Source of the DNA: Elsinoe ampelina
Taxonomy: Eukaryota
Direction: 5' to 3'
NCBI GenBank assembly: GCA_010093995.1
Contig: ML992528.1
Location: 1 to 64,000 of the forward strand
Length of the DNA stretch: 64,000 bases
Part shown: positions 34,346 through 46,843 of the stretch, piece by piece
How the letters are laid out: the number at the start of each line of letters is the position of its first letter
How positions within the stretch are numbered: the first letter of the stretch is position 1
Translations under genes and position numbers: made by a program
Notes under the pieces: model-generated
Told to the model about the DNA's origin: nothing
Databases searched by the model: none
Seen by the model: only the letters and a program-made list of their open reading frames with translations

Positions 34346-36040
34346 ATGGAGGGCTTTCTTGCATTAAAATCGCCACTCGATGTAGATGACGAGAAGATCC
34401 TTGACAATGTCAGCAACAGGATTCATGATACCGACCAACGATTCGACTTCCTTGGGAGTCGATTACGCCATCTGGCTGCCACGTTCATCCAGGATCGCAA
34501 ATTGGAACCACCCAGACTGTCAAATACTGAGGCATTCACAACTTGGTTGGAGCACTTCTCAAAGGAACATCTTGAAGATACCCAGCATCAATGGCATATT
34601 TCCAAGACCGAGGGCGCCACACTTCTATTGATGAAGCAGCGAGTCAAGTCCTTGCAATCTGGCGACGATGAGACCTGGCAACGCGTTCAGATCATCGGCC
34701 ATGTTCTCTGCGACGGGGGCATAGATTATGAAAAACACCTTGTGCGCCTCTGCACGTCAGCACTGCGAGTTTTCATGGCTCAGCCTACCAGACTCTACCT
34801 AATTGGCTTTTACTTACGGGGATCCCGGCTTGAAGTGGTAGTCTTGGACAGGTCCGGCATGTATCCCGCTGTGTCAGTCGACATGGCGAATGAGTCGCGC
34901 CTCCTGGAGCTGGTGGTCAGCTTTCGATTCATGACAGATCGTGATTTGGGAAGAAGCGCTGTGATCCAGATGGATGTCCATGGATCGTTCATCAGGTTGG
35001 GCGACTCGGAGATGCTCTACTTGGAGGGTCAGACTATAGCACAGTCGGACGAATTGGTAGGCGACGGGACGACCTGCTATCGAGGGAGATCTACTGGTTC
35101 GAACCTCTGGCATCATGTGGTGAAGTTCAAGTGGCCCTTGACCAGCAGCCGGCCCGAAAATGAATTACTGCGGCTGGCCGCGGAGCGAGGAGTCGAGGGT
35201 CTCATCAAATTACGACACTACCAGGCTTTTGACCGTACCTCGACACTCCGTCAAGGATACCACAATGGACCATATAGACGGATTACATGGGGATCCCAAC
35301 CTGGCAGCAACAGCGGTGTCGATGATATGACCGTTCCAACTGACGAGCCTTTCGAGGACCGCATACTCACCTGTGTGGTCACAACCCCGGCCGGAAGACC
35401 TCTCCGGACCTTCGCAGACCCCACCGAGCTGCTTATAGTATTTCGAGATGCAGTCAAGGCGCACAGATCACTATTCCAGGTCGGAAAGATCCTACATCGA
35501 GATATCTCAGCCCAGAACATCATCATTGTGGATCATAGCCCTTGGAGAGGGTACCTCATTGACCTTGATGTGGCGATTGACCTGTCCAATGGACCGACAA
35601 CGACCGACAACATCGCAGGAACCCGCCCGTTCATGTCCATCGGCATTCTGAAGAAAAGGAAACACACGTATCGGCACGATCTCGAGTCATTCCTCTATGT
35701 TTTCCTATGGGTTGTGATCTGCGATGGCTCGAGCAATCCTACAAAGACAAGCAGACTTCGTCGTTGGTTCAAAGGTACTTGGGAGGAGTCCGCCACCATG
35801 AAAATGGACGACATGCGGGAGGAGAACTTCCACATCTACCTGGATGAATTCCCTCCTAGGTTCACTTATTTCAAGCAGGTAGCCGAGGCTATGCGTGGGA
35901 TACTGTTCCCCGTCCACAACGGGCAGCTATGGACCGGGACGGATGGGTCCTTGGCAGTCACGAATCAGGTCTACGATGGCATCATTGCTGCGTTCCAACG
36001 AGCCATCGACGAAAAAGTATCGTCGGATACGTTGGGCTGA
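34346..36040 (+). CDS. Fungal-type protein kinase (FunK1 / Pkinase_fungal)
   Basis: VFMAQPTR..GF.LRG, DRSG, GDGTTCY, VVKFKW, HRSL..KILHRDISAQNII, GYLIDLD, GTRPFM and HTYRHDLESFLYVFLW. Confidence 0.88.
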   Translation: MEGFLALKSPLDVDDEKILDNVSNRIHDTDQRFDFLGSRLRHLAATFIQDRKLEPPRLSNTEAFTTWLEHFSKEHLEDTQHQWHISKTEGATLLLMKQRVKSLQSGDDETWQRVQIIGHVLCDGGIDYEKHLVRLCTSALRVFMAQPTRLYLIGFYLRGSRLEVVVLDRSGMYPAVSVDMANESRLLELVVSFRFMTDRDLGRSAVIQMDVHGSFIRLGDSEMLYLEGQTIAQSDELVGDGTTCYRGRSTGSNLWHHVVKFKWPLTSSRPENELLRLAAERGVEGLIKLRHYQAFDRTSTLRQGYHNGPYRRITWGSQPGSNSGVDDMTVPTDEPFEDRILTCVVTTPAGRPLRTFADPTELLIVFRDAVKAHRSLFQVGKILHRDISAQNIIIVDHSPWRGYLIDLDVAIDLSNGPTTTDNIAGTRPFMSIGILKKRKHTYRHDLESFLYVFLWVVICDGSSNPTKTSRLRRWFKGTWEESATMKMDDMREENFHIYLDEFPPRFTYFKQVAEAMRGILFPVHNGQLWTGTDGSLAVTNQVYDGIIAAFQRAIDEKVSSDTLG

Positions 36041-36290
36041 ACAGAGGTTCTGCCCAGAAAGACTCGCTTGCGGCTATCACAGGCGGCTTCTCTTCACCAA
36101 ACAATACAAACTGCCTGGCGTCAGATATACTCGTGGCGTTGCTTCATTGCTGGCAGTAGATGAACCACTGGGTCGCCCCTGCAAACCCTTCAAGAGGCAG
36201 TAGAAAATTGGCATAAGAATAAGTATAGCATGGGTCTTCCCGACCTCATTTATGGTAAGGGATGATCACTCCTTTCTTCTGCCTTCTTCC

Positions 36291-37901
36291 TCAAACACCA
36301 AAGTACCTCAACACATGCCCCGCCTCACCACACCCCAATCCCTGATCCCAACATTGCACACAAACATCCCAATTCCCCTTCTCACAAATCGCACAATTAT
36401 GCCTCTCCCCCGGAATAAACAAGTGACACACATCGCATTTATACCGCCACTTGACCGGAGACTCCGGTGATATAGGCATGAGCTTGCCCAGCTCACGGCC
36501 GCAGCGTGGGATGGCTTCGTTGGCGAGGTAGTCTTTCCGGGAGCGGCTGATGGGGCCGGATTTGCCGTCGTATTCGTCGAGGTAGCGCGTGAGGCGTTTG
36601 CGTTCGCGGAAGATGGCGGAGGCGGAGGCGGGGGTGGGGGCTGAGGGGGGTCGTGAGGGGGGGTTGGGGTGTTCTGCTGGTGGGGGTAGGTAGGGGTGCT
36701 GGTGGGGTGCTGACGGATCCCGAGGGGAGGGGATGGTGTGCTGGTGGTGTATGGATGGATTCTTGGGAGTTGGGTTGGTGTCCTGGTCGATGTTCCGGTA
36801 GGGGTCCTGGTGGTGTGCTGGTGGGTTTGGAGGCGAGGGAGGTCTGACCTCTATTACCTGTGGTTCCAGCCCGTCGAGATCGAAGAGGCTGTCGAGCTCC
36901 GTGGCAATATCGATTGTGGTAGGGTCTTTGCTGGCGTGGTCTCTGCTCTTTTTCATCGCCTCCATCTCCAGCTCCATCTTGACCTTCTCCTCAAACCGCT
37001 CAACCTCCCCCTTGTGCATCTTCTGCACCTCGAGTTCCAGTCTGGCCTTTTGTATCTTCTCCATCTCGAGTTGCATCCTGGCCTTCTCCCTCTCCAACCG
37101 CTCCTTCTCCGCCTTGATCACATCCTTCTTGCTTCGTCCTTCGACAATGATTACACCAGCAGGTTTCGCCGAAGCCACGTCATGTAACCGCGCCCCTTTC
37201 TCTGGCTCCGTCCTCCAGAACGGCGTCTCCCCTCTGACAAGATGGCGAACATAAGCCTTAATATCCTCCTCGAACCTCGCCGCTTGCTCTCCCGTGATTC
37301 CTTCGCTGGCCAGCTCTCTCCCCATCTTCCCCCAAACATCCATCCCCGCCACTGGCTCTGCTGCCGCTCCCACACCTCCACCCCCTCCCTGCGCCCTCGG
37401 CCCCTGGCCCCCATGCACGTCCCCACCCGCCCCTACCCCTCCTATCCCCACCGCCCTATTCGCCAACAAAAACTCCACCCTCCCAAGCGCCCCATTACTC
37501 AACCCGGTAAGAAACATGCCCAAACTAGCCACATGCAACGCCACCCTCTCCCTCAGCCCCTGCTTACTCTCCTTCGCCAACCTCACCCTCTCCAACCACC
37601 CCTTCTTCTCCTCCCCTCCTAGCGCATCATACTTGTACACCAGCCTGCGCAGACTCTCCATCCCATTGCGGCAGTTCTCGAGTAAGACGCGGAGGTGGTC
37701 CTGCCGGGAACGGGGCAGTTTGTGGTAGAGTGAAGTGGGGGATTGGGCTTCGTCGGCGAGGTGGCGCAGGGTGAGGGTGAGGCTGTGGCAGTCTAGGGCT
37801 AGGGAGCGGAGGTCCGAGGGGCCGGATTTGAGCGCCGAGATGGCTTGGTGGGTTAGGGTGAGGGTGGTGAGGATGTCGCCTATTGAGATGCCGAAGGACA
37901 T
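36291..37901 (-). CDS. Protein with a fungal STAND-associated (HeLo-like/SesA-type) N-terminal domain and C-terminal ZZ-type zinc finger
   Basis: MSFGISIGDI.. N-terminus with L.NC...L..L..KY helical pattern, Gly-rich linker, coiled coil, Pro-rich region, and CDVC..HNCAIC..WDVCVQC..C..H. Confidence 0.65.
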   Translation of the reverse strand: MSFGISIGDILTTLTLTHQAISALKSGPSDLRSLALDCHSLTLTLRHLADEAQSPTSLYHKLPRSRQDHLRVLLENCRNGMESLRRLVYKYDALGGEEKKGWLERVRLAKESKQGLRERVALHVASLGMFLTGLSNGALGRVEFLLANRAVGIGGVGAGGDVHGGQGPRAQGGGGGVGAAAEPVAGMDVWGKMGRELASEGITGEQAARFEEDIKAYVRHLVRGETPFWRTEPEKGARLHDVASAKPAGVIIVEGRSKKDVIKAEKERLEREKARMQLEMEKIQKARLELEVQKMHKGEVERFEEKVKMELEMEAMKKSRDHASKDPTTIDIATELDSLFDLDGLEPQVIEVRPPSPPNPPAHHQDPYRNIDQDTNPTPKNPSIHHQHTIPSPRDPSAPHQHPYLPPPAEHPNPPSRPPSAPTPASASAIFRERKRLTRYLDEYDGKSGPISRSRKDYLANEAIPRCGRELGKLMPISPESPVKWRYKCDVCHLFIPGERHNCAICEKGNWDVCVQCWDQGLGCGEAGHVLRYFGV

Positions 37902-38123
37902 TGTGGAGGTTTGGTGGGAGGGTAAGGATGGGAATGGGGGTAAGGGGATGGGTGAGAAGTGGGAGGTGAGTTGTCAGATGCGAAGTTGTGGAGCTGGTGG
38001 GGTGGCGTCGAGGTGGGGTACTTTGTGGTCGTCAATGTTGGAATACTGGTAACATTAAATTTGCGATATGCACGATGGACTGATCGTGTGTGAACTTGTT
38101 ATTTGGGGAAAACATCTTGTATG

Positions 38124-39520
38124 CTACACTAGTGGCCGGGCCGCTTTCACCTTCATCTCTGGAAGGAGTCCCATCTTTGCCATCTCGTCAAACATCATAA
38201 ATAGACTCTCCCTGGTATCGACAAACCCGTTCCAACCCAGGATCCTGGCTTTGTTCATGCTCAGCGCTCCCATGGTCGCATGCGCTGCATCTCCCATCAC
38301 AAAGTTCTCCTCCACATCATCGAATGGATTCGTCTTGATCTTGCCTCCGCTTTGCTGCGTGATCTCCTTCCATGCGTTTTTGTTCTCGTCCTGCTTCGCC
38401 CACTCCACAAAGGAGAATGTCACGCGATGCGCAGTCGGTGGGCCGTGGCCAAAGGGCACATCATTGCCGCCTTTACCTTCCAGAACGTGATACTGATCGT
38501 CTTTGTCGCTTTGTTCCGGCGGTCCTTTCACGCCGGCAGTCACGCTGTACCATCGTGCAAGCTCCTCGTAGACTCGGTCCCAGGAGAGAGGAGACGTATC
38601 TCGGGCGTTGAACGCTTCGTTGCCACAGTCAGGCTCGAGGACTGCCCACTCGCTCAGAAACCCGGTCAGGAAGGCAGTGGCATGATGGCACTCGTATTGA
38701 TACTTTGTCCAGTCCGAAGGGAAGCTGAGAGGTTTGTTGAGATAGGCTTGCACGGCGGCTGCAGAGGTTAGCAAAAGTTGCATATAACGAGGAGAAAAGT
38801 CCTACCATAAATTGCCATGGGATAGAAAGCATTGATCTGTGCCTTGACGACAGCACCGATGATCCATGCCGGTCGAATGACATTCCACTTTGTCTTCCCT
38901 CCACTCTTCTCGCAGAACTTGAAAAGGGACTCTTCTTGGGGATAGTAGAAGTTGGGCTCAAGGTGCTTCGGCTGAGGGTCACTCTCGATGGCGGGTAGTC
39001 TGATTCGACCAAGATGTATGCCGTAGTTCTTTGCACCTGTCTGGAGCAGGAAGCGTTGTGGCCAGATTTCGCACTTCTCCAACGCCGCCAGGAAATTATC
39101 GAGCATACCGGCATTTACCTTGACGAGCTCATCCGCGTTTGACCATACCCTGGTGTTCTCTAGTGGTGGAGGCTGCAGGTACGTGTAGTAGAAGATATGG
39201 TCGGCTTTCACGCTTGCCTTCTCCATGGCAGCTGCGATGTCTTCCACCGGATTCAAAAAGTCCACTGCAACATGCTGGACCCGAGATCGCTCATCGGACG
39301 TAAGCAGAGCCATCATCTCCTCGGGAGGCGGCTTGCGCGACAGAGCATAGATTTTGGACCATCGCGAAGGCGCAGCGAGTAACGCCCGCATGGTATGGAA
39401 TCCAGATATGCCATTTCCGCCAGTGATGACTGCTGTCAGCCCTTTGATGCTAGGGTCGTAGTCTGGTAGGTTGCGGAAGATGCCAATGTTCCGTAGTGGT
39501 TGTTTAGCGGAGCTCATCAT
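38124..39520 (-). CDS. NAD-dependent epimerase / PRISE-like short-chain dehydrogenase
   Basis: TAVITGGNGISG, RFLLQTGAKNYG.H, PNFYYPQE and WNVIRP. One intron at ~38766-38805. Confidence 0.82.
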
Positions 39521-40392
39521 TGACTTGAGCCGACGAGAGGAGAAATGTATGTACTGAACCTACCAGAACTGTACCTTGACTTTGTAGTATAGCTGAGCAT
39601 GATCATCAAGTCGGGAGGGGTTATCCAAGTACTCTGACGTCAAGCGCCGGCAGCTCTGCGGGAGGTATATGCCTGGTTGTTCCTACATTGGAGTTCTCGA
39701 GGCCCTGGGATGCTCTCGGATACCATGAGACTGGATGGACATGCTACGAAGCCAGGGCAATATTATCGGGCGTTTCGTTGATGGTCCAAGAGGAATGCTC
39801 ACAAGGAAAAGCAGTCTGTATCCAAACCCAACAATCTTTCATCTCCACCAAAAATGGCAGTAGCGGATAGACTAAGCCCAAAGCGGAACAATCGGAGGGG
39901 AAACGTGACAACAACCCGATTTTTCGACAACTCCCTCCTGCACACAGCAAACGCCCAAAGAGACGACGCCGTCGAGGCACAACTTCATCAACACCAACCC
40001 ATAATCTCATCCAAAACTCTTCATTCCACCACCATAAAAATCCTCGAATTTCGTCTCGAAATAATATCCAGTTTTCACGAATTTGTTCGATGGTCTGGGG
40101 CCTGTTTTGACGACTTGAAGTTTTGCGACACACAAAAGGCCGCGACGCTGCGCTGTCCTCGTTTGCGCCCGGCCTTTTCCGGCTTTGGCTGCCCGTCACA
40201 CTCCGTCGCGTCCCGACTTTGGAGGCGAGAATTTTTCATAGGCCAATCCGAGGATCTGCCAGTGCAGACGACTGGTCCTGCTGCAGCCTGCAGTGGCCAA
40301 ACTCGTCGCGATATCATTTCGAGGCCTTTACTGACCTCATCGACTCTGCGGATTAAGTTCTTGCAGAGTCACCCTCCACATATGCGCCCGTC

Positions 40393-42228
40393 ATGACGTC
40401 GCGTACTGCCGGCGCTCGCTTCAGGCAGCGCAAGCTCAGTACCAAACATGCCTTGTCGATAATAAGAGAGGATGAGCTGCTTGACAGCTATCATGATGAA
40501 GACGATCCAGGGAGGCAGATTCCGAAGCTGGAGACTGGTGTGGAGAAATCGGAAGAAACAGTATGACTTGCCTCGACCCATCACTTACCTCGCTAACCTC
40601 GAGTCCAGGAACACCATCTCCAAGCCGTCATTACTGCTTCTGCTGCCGCTTCTCTCGGTGGCAAAGCAGCGCAGGTATACATTCCCACTCCAGAGGTCAA
40701 GTCATCGTACATCAAATACGATGAGCTCTACCCACCGCGATGGTCATCTCCTACCACATACATCCGCTTCTCATCCACCGTAGAAGACTGCATAGGTCCA
40801 CTCTACTGCTCGACGACTGAAGATGATGCCTTCCTCTCCTCCCTCAACGCCAACAAGAACAGCAAAGATGGCCGACTAACGATCGACTGCTTCGAAGAGG
40901 TCATGTCCTTTTTTGAATCTGCGGCGTTCACCCGTCAGCCCTTTGCCAACATCGACAGTCCTCCAGTCTTGTCTTTTGAAGAGCTGCAAGCTTCGTATGA
41001 TGACACCATCTCACCTGAAGCGCAGAAATGGGCTGCAGAAGTCTATCCTCATTGGCATTCCCTACGCCTCGCCAAAGGCAACCAGACACTCATGCCTGGT
41101 CTCAAGTCGGAGACTGGTGCAGAGACAGACGACAGTGATGCTTACGTCTGCTTCCGTCGCCGTGAAGTGCGACAGGCACGCAAGACTCGTGGTCGCGACG
41201 CCCAAGTGACTGACAAGCTTCGCAAACTCCGGCGCGAGCTGGAAGATGCTCGACAGCTTGTCCATTCCATCAACGCTCGAGAGAAGCTCTTCTTCGACCG
41301 CATCGATGTCGATCGCAAGGTGTTCGAACAACGGCAAGAGCTCAAGCGCGTCAAGACCCAACATGGCATCAAGGGCGACAAGGACGACGAAGATCTCCTC
41401 ATCAATCAGCGGCCAGTGGTCAAGCCGAAGATGAAGCTCGACATGTCCGGCAATCGACCAGCCATGCTCAAGCTCTCCGCCGGCCAAAGACCAGACGGCC
41501 GCGGCGCACCAGAACAAGACCTCGTCCAGCTCGAGGACCTCCGAGAAGAAGCCGAAGCAGTCGTCCGTCGTTCGGTCGAGACCAAGAAACAGAAACACCG
41601 CGACTGGAACCGCGGTTTCCGAGACGACACCTGGTACCCACTCTGCCCACCCGACGACGAGCGACCAGGCGTCGGCTACCTCCCCGTCGTCCAAGAAGTC
41701 CAACTCCCCACCCCCCCCGCCAGCGTCGCCGACAAAGAAGACATGGACATCGACCACACCCCGGACGACACCCAGAAACACGCCCCCAAAGACCTCCCCA
41801 CACCGGAAAGCGACTCCCCTCACGACCGCTCCGGCCGCACCATCTTCCAATTCCAATCCCCCCCAGGCGAACTCAAACGCTCCCTCCCCGCCTTCCGTCG
41901 TCGCTTCGGCCGCTTGGGTCGGCTACACATCGACGCCATCAAGCCCCGCCGCGTGCTACCGGCCGAGAAATCCGGCGTGGTGTACGACTCGGACTCGGAT
42001 CTCGAGATGGCGGACAGTGATGATGATGTGGTGGTGTACCCCGTGGACTGTTATGCGAATTGGAATATTAATTATCGAGCGAGTCTGATGACGAGTTCGA
42101 GGAAGGTGGACGGCCAGGGACAGCAGGGCGGACAGGTCCAGGGTGGGGCCGAGAGGAGGTCGAGTAGTGCTGCTGGGGGTGCGCCTAGGGATGTGGTGAT
42201 GGGGGAGGGAGGGGGGACGGCGGGGTAG
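40393..42228 (+). CDS. EPL1: Enhancer of polycomb-like protein 1 (NuA4 subunit)
   Basis: MTSRTAGARFRQRKLS, ETGVEKSEE|EHHLQA (intron 40561-40608), YIRFSSTVEDC, YVCFRRREVRQARKTRGRD and FRRRFGRLGRLHID. Confidence 0.92.
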
Positions 42229-42402
42229 AGTCCCGGGTGGGGGCGGTGAGCAGTGAGGAATTCCGATTGAGGTTGATGAGGTTGGAGAGAGTGTGTATTG
42301 TACATATGACGATTTTGGATGCTTGGATGGCTGAGGGCACAAGCCGGGTTATGAGGCGCTTCGATTCATGTAAAATCTTTTTTCCGACCGCCTGTCTGCT
42401 TT

Positions 42403-43913
42403 TCAGTGGCCGTTGCTGAGTTTCGTGCGTTTCGCCGGGCGAGAGTCCCCGTCGTCCTCATGTGTGCCGTTTGTGCTTGAGGTTTGACCGGCGATGTGGT
42501 CCATTGCTCTCTGCAGGAGGATCTTCTCCCCCATGCGCACTTGAATGGCTTGGATCTTCCTCCGCTCTTGCGGGGAGGTCTGCTGCAGAATCTGTTGGTC
42601 TCGCTCCACGCTTGTGCCGTACTGCTGAAGCCTCGCCTGTAGAACTGCGAGGTAGGCCTGGTTCATCTTCGCTCTGTCGTTGGGTTCGATCTTTTCGGGT
42701 CGCTTGGCGTACTTTGATCCTGGCGCGGCGATGAGGCGGTAAATGAGCATTTGCAGTGCGGGAGGGTAGAGCGGATCTTCGTCTTCTTCCTCGGTGTTGG
42801 CGGAGATGATGTGGCCGTCTTCCCAGTAGTCTTTCTCTTCTAGTGCCTCTTCGATCTCGGCGAGATATTCGTCGGTGAGTTGCGCGCCGTGCCCTTGTGA
42901 TAGTCCAGACTTGATTGCGTTGATAATAAAAGGAGTGGAGAGCTCGACTACGTCGTATTTGGCGTAGTTGTCTGTGATGTAGCCATAGCGGCGGAGGAGT
43001 TCGGCTCGAGGTAAGGGCCCATAGTCGTTGAAGAGCTCCTCGCCCGCTTTGACGGGCTTGATTGTTCTCATGACCACCAGATCCTCTTCGTAGAATAGTC
43101 TGGCATTATTACGGTCGGCGTCGGCGTTGAGCATATCTGCCATGGGAACCATGCCTTTGGGAAGAAATTGATCTTCTTCGTCGGAAACGTATCCTTCCTC
43201 ATCTTGAGCCTGAGCGGACGGCTGCTTCTCGATATCGAAAGCGTACGCCATAATTGTCGAGCCAGCCCAGTGAGCTGCAGCCAGAATGTCTTCCTCACTT
43301 GATTGCCCGAGGGACGGGAAGAGGTTGGGGTAGTTCTTGATGGACGGAACGATCTTGGTCCGGAAGGTCTCGTCTGCCCCAATCTTCCCAATCTTCTCTT
43401 GAATGGCGCTAGCTTGAAGCTCTGCAAGGTCACTTTCTTGCCAGTACATGAGAGTATCCAGGTCCGTATCCTGAAGTGTGCCGATGTATGGCGCCCATGG
43501 GGAGTCTGGCCGTACTCGCTCGTATATCAGGATTAAAATTAGGGCGAGCCACGAGTCGTCCAGGTCTGCTAAGACCTGCTGACCTTCACTTGACCTTGTG
43601 AAGTCGCTGGTCTCAGCACTCAGGATACCGTTACGGCTGACAGAGAAGAGGTCCTCATCTTGATCGATGTCCGATTTGGCGACTGTCAGAGTCAGCGTCG
43701 AGGATCAGACTTGTTTGTGCGTTGGGGAATGTGATCAAGAGAAGGTTTCGCAGTGTATGATGGAGCAAAGAATGTCCACATACCAACACCTCGTCCCCTT
43801 CCCTCCGCTCTGAGATCCGCCAGTTGAATCTTCTCGCTGAGGAAAGGTTGGGCACTTCTGAAGTAGTCTACGAAACTGGCTGTAACCGTTTCAAAGCTAC
43901 CACTGGAAGCCAT
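42403..43913 (-). CDS. RKM4: SET-domain N-lysine methyltransferase (SETD6/Rkm4-like)
   Basis: DLRAEGRGRGV, an intron, then IMAYAFD, MVPMADMLNAD and ELFNDYGPLPRAELLRRYGY. Confidence 0.78.
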
Positions 43914-44157
43914 GAGTAGGATAGCACCACGAAATGTCGGTGTGAGAAGTGTGTATAGAGATCCACTGTGTTAGTTTTCGTCCAGCAAGTGGATGCATTG
44001 CGGGCGACCAATTCTGCCGATTCTCACCGCCTTGGATAATTGTCCGACAAATGTGACGGAAAAGGCAGGGTCTCGCTCTCGGCCCGCTCAGCCGGTGAAC
44101 CACACCAGTCTTCACATGCCCCTCCTCTGCTCGAGCAAACAAATCAGACACGATAAT

Positions 44158-45270
44158 ATGCCCATATCGATCGGTCTCGAAGGCTCGGCGAATAAGCTGG
44201 GCGTTGGCGTCATCTATCATCCGTCTTCTGCTCACGACTCGCCACAAGAAGCACTTCTCGATGCTGGTCGCAAATCTCATCCAGTCCGCATTCTCGCAAA
44301 CCTCCGCCATACCTATGTCTCCCCCCCTGGCACTGGATTCTTGCCGAAAGACACCGCAGCACATCATAGGAGATGGGTAGTGAGATTGGTCAAGCAAACC
44401 ATGAAGCAAGCTGGAGTTACGATCGAGGACATTGATTGCATCTGCTTCACCAAAGGACCAGGAATGGGTGCCCCGCTTGGGTCGGTCTCAATTGCGGCAA
44501 GGATGTTGAGTTTGCTCTGGGACAAGCCCTTGATCGGGGTCAATCACTGTGTCGGGCATATCGAGATGGGACGAGCGATTACAGGAGCTGAAAACCCGGT
44601 TGTCCTTTATGTCAGTGGTGGGAATACCCAGATCATTGCATACAGCGCGCAGAGATACCGGATCTTCGGTGAGGCTCTTGATATTGCAGTCGGGAACTGT
44701 CTGGACAGGTTCGCAAGGGTACTGGAAATTAGTAACGACCCAGCTCCTGGGTACAACATCGAGCAGCTTGCAAAGAAGGGGAAGATTCTCATCGACATTC
44801 CGTACGCCGTGAAGGGGATGGATGTCAGCTTCTCCGGCATTCTAGCAAGGGTGGAGGAGTTGGCGAAGAAGCTGGAGGCCGGACGGACCGGAAAAGCGGA
44901 GAAGTGGGTAGATGAGGAAACCGGAAATGAGATCACGAGGGAAGACCTCTGCTTCACACTGCAGGAGACCGTCTTCGCCATGCTTGTTGAGATCACTGAG
45001 CGGGCAATGGCACACGTTGGCGCGAATCAGGTTCTCATCGTTGGAGGGGTTGGATGCAATGAGCGGCTCCAGGAGATGATGGGCATGATGGCCAGGGACC
45101 GTGGAGGGAGTGTATACGCAACTGACGAGAGATTCTGTATCGACAACGGCATCATGATCGCTCACGCTGGACTATTGGCATGGAAGATGGGTTTCAAGAC
45201 AGCATTGGACGACAGCTCATGCACGCAAAGGTTCCGGACTGATGAAGTCTTGATTGATTGGAGAGACTGA
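44158..45270 (+). CDS. KAE1: tRNA N6-threonylcarbamoyladenosine synthase Kae1 (KEOPS complex)
   Basis: [56 protein letters not shown] and TQRFRTDEV. Confidence 0.96.
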   Translation: MPISIGLEGSANKLGVGVIYHPSSAHDSPQEALLDAGRKSHPVRILANLRHTYVSPPGTGFLPKDTAAHHRRWVVRLVKQTMKQAGVTIEDIDCICFTKGPGMGAPLGSVSIAARMLSLLWDKPLIGVNHCVGHIEMGRAITGAENPVVLYVSGGNTQIIAYSAQRYRIFGEALDIAVGNCLDRFARVLEISNDPAPGYNIEQLAKKGKILIDIPYAVKGMDVSFSGILARVEELAKKLEAGRTGKAEKWVDEETGNEITREDLCFTLQETVFAMLVEITERAMAHVGANQVLIVGGVGCNERLQEMMGMMARDRGGSVYATDERFCIDNGIMIAHAGLLAWKMGFKTALDDSSCTQRFRTDEVLIDWRD

Positions 45271-45424
45271 ATAAGATATGCAAAAAGCAATAAGCCAAAA
45301 GGCTAGATGTCATGAGTATCGTTTCTCAACAGCGCACCTTGCGCTCTGGTCTACTGACTCCCGGCTCGACCCAACCATCTCTACTGGCCGCCAGAACTTC
45401 GTTGATGAGCGCCATGGCCGCCCG

Positions 45425-46053
45425 TCAATCCTCCTGGACGACCTCTGCCTCATCCTCATCATCAACCACCTCAGCCTTCTTGGCCTTCGCACCCTTCTTG
45501 GGAGAGACCTTGCGTGTCTTCTTGGCAGTCGGGGAAGCTCCGCCGTCCTCCTTCTCAGCGCCTTCAGCGGCATCTTCATCCTCAACCTTGGCCTTGCTCT
45601 TCTTGACTGGAGTCTTGCGCTGCTTCTTGGGTGGAGTCTGATCTTCGTCGTTGCCTTCACCATCGCTGGCACGCTTCTTTGCCCCGCCCTTTTTGCCCTT
45701 GGAGGCCGGAGCGACGACGACACCTGGTAGGATGTTAGCATAAGAAGCCGGAGAATTGCGAGTAGGATGCCAACCATTCTGCTCGGCAATCTGCGCAAGC
45801 TTCTTCTTGAGGACTCCCCAGGTGTTGCTGCATGTCTTCTGGGTGTTAAACCCGGCTGCTTCGGCGAGCTTCTCCATGTCGATCTGAGATAGTCAGTACC
45901 CAATCACGTTGGTCTGGTAGGCTCTGATACCTCAGGAATGGTCTTCATGCACTGCCAGACGACCTTGAGCACCTTTTCCTCCTTCTCGGTGAATTTCACC
46001 TCGACAGCGGTGCCGGGTGTGGCCGGAGTCTCAGGGACCTCTGAGTCAGACAT
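45425..46053 (-). CDS. Small Lys/Glu-rich nuclear protein with a Myb-like helical domain
   Basis: MSDSEVPETP..FTEKEEKVL..W.C..PE|IDMEKLA..GF..W..LKKKL followed by a low-complexity charged tail. One or two short introns. Confidence 0.65.
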
Positions 46054-46843
46054 GGTCGTAGGTGGGTGAGACCGGATTGTTGGATGATGGAGTTGTTGAA
46101 GATGTATCGGAAGTGCTGCAGAAGGGCAGTAATTGGTAGGATGTTGGGAATGTGAAGTGAAAGTGGGATGTGAGAAAGAAGGAGGGAGAAAGCTCACAGA
46201 CAAGCTTAAATACCCATTCTCAAGAGATTCACATGCTTGAGTGAGGACATTTCGGAGCTTCACACTCACCGCAGGCACTCATTGTTGCCTATTCATGCAA
46301 TAACCCATGCCATTCACTGCACAAGCGTCTTGCGGCAATGACAATACTTGCCTACGCGGTAGCGCTCACACACCTTGAGGTGGACGAAAGGTACTACCAG
46401 GCATATCTGCACAGGTCCGACACACTCACTCATGTTCACTTCGGGTGTCAGCATGCCATCGCACATGTAAGCAGTGTCACCAAAGAGCGGCTTCATACAA
46501 GCACGAAGTACGACCAGGCGGTCGCAAGCCTCTGTACACATTCCGATTTCACCACCAACTAGGTGACTGATCGGACACGAAAATACTGTCAGTGACTTGA
46601 TCACTGGTTTGTGCAGTGAACGAAGATCAGGAACAAACAGATCTGGATCACAGGATCGACCAGGGCGGGAACGCAAACATCTTGCCCAGTTATCAATGTT
46701 TCACCCGTCTCAGCGGAGGGACATTATTGGAGCCCTATATCTATCTTGATCGACATATCCTATTCGGAGTTCCTCATTGACTTACTGCCCCCTCTTCAAC
46801 ACTGTGGTAGTACCTTGCCACCGCTGCGCAGAACACAAAGACA

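Noticed and set aside
43993..44157. N-terminal extension of KAE1
   Set aside because: The conserved family start is [13 protein letters not shown] at 44158. The upstream stretch is the divergent promoter shared with the SET gene.
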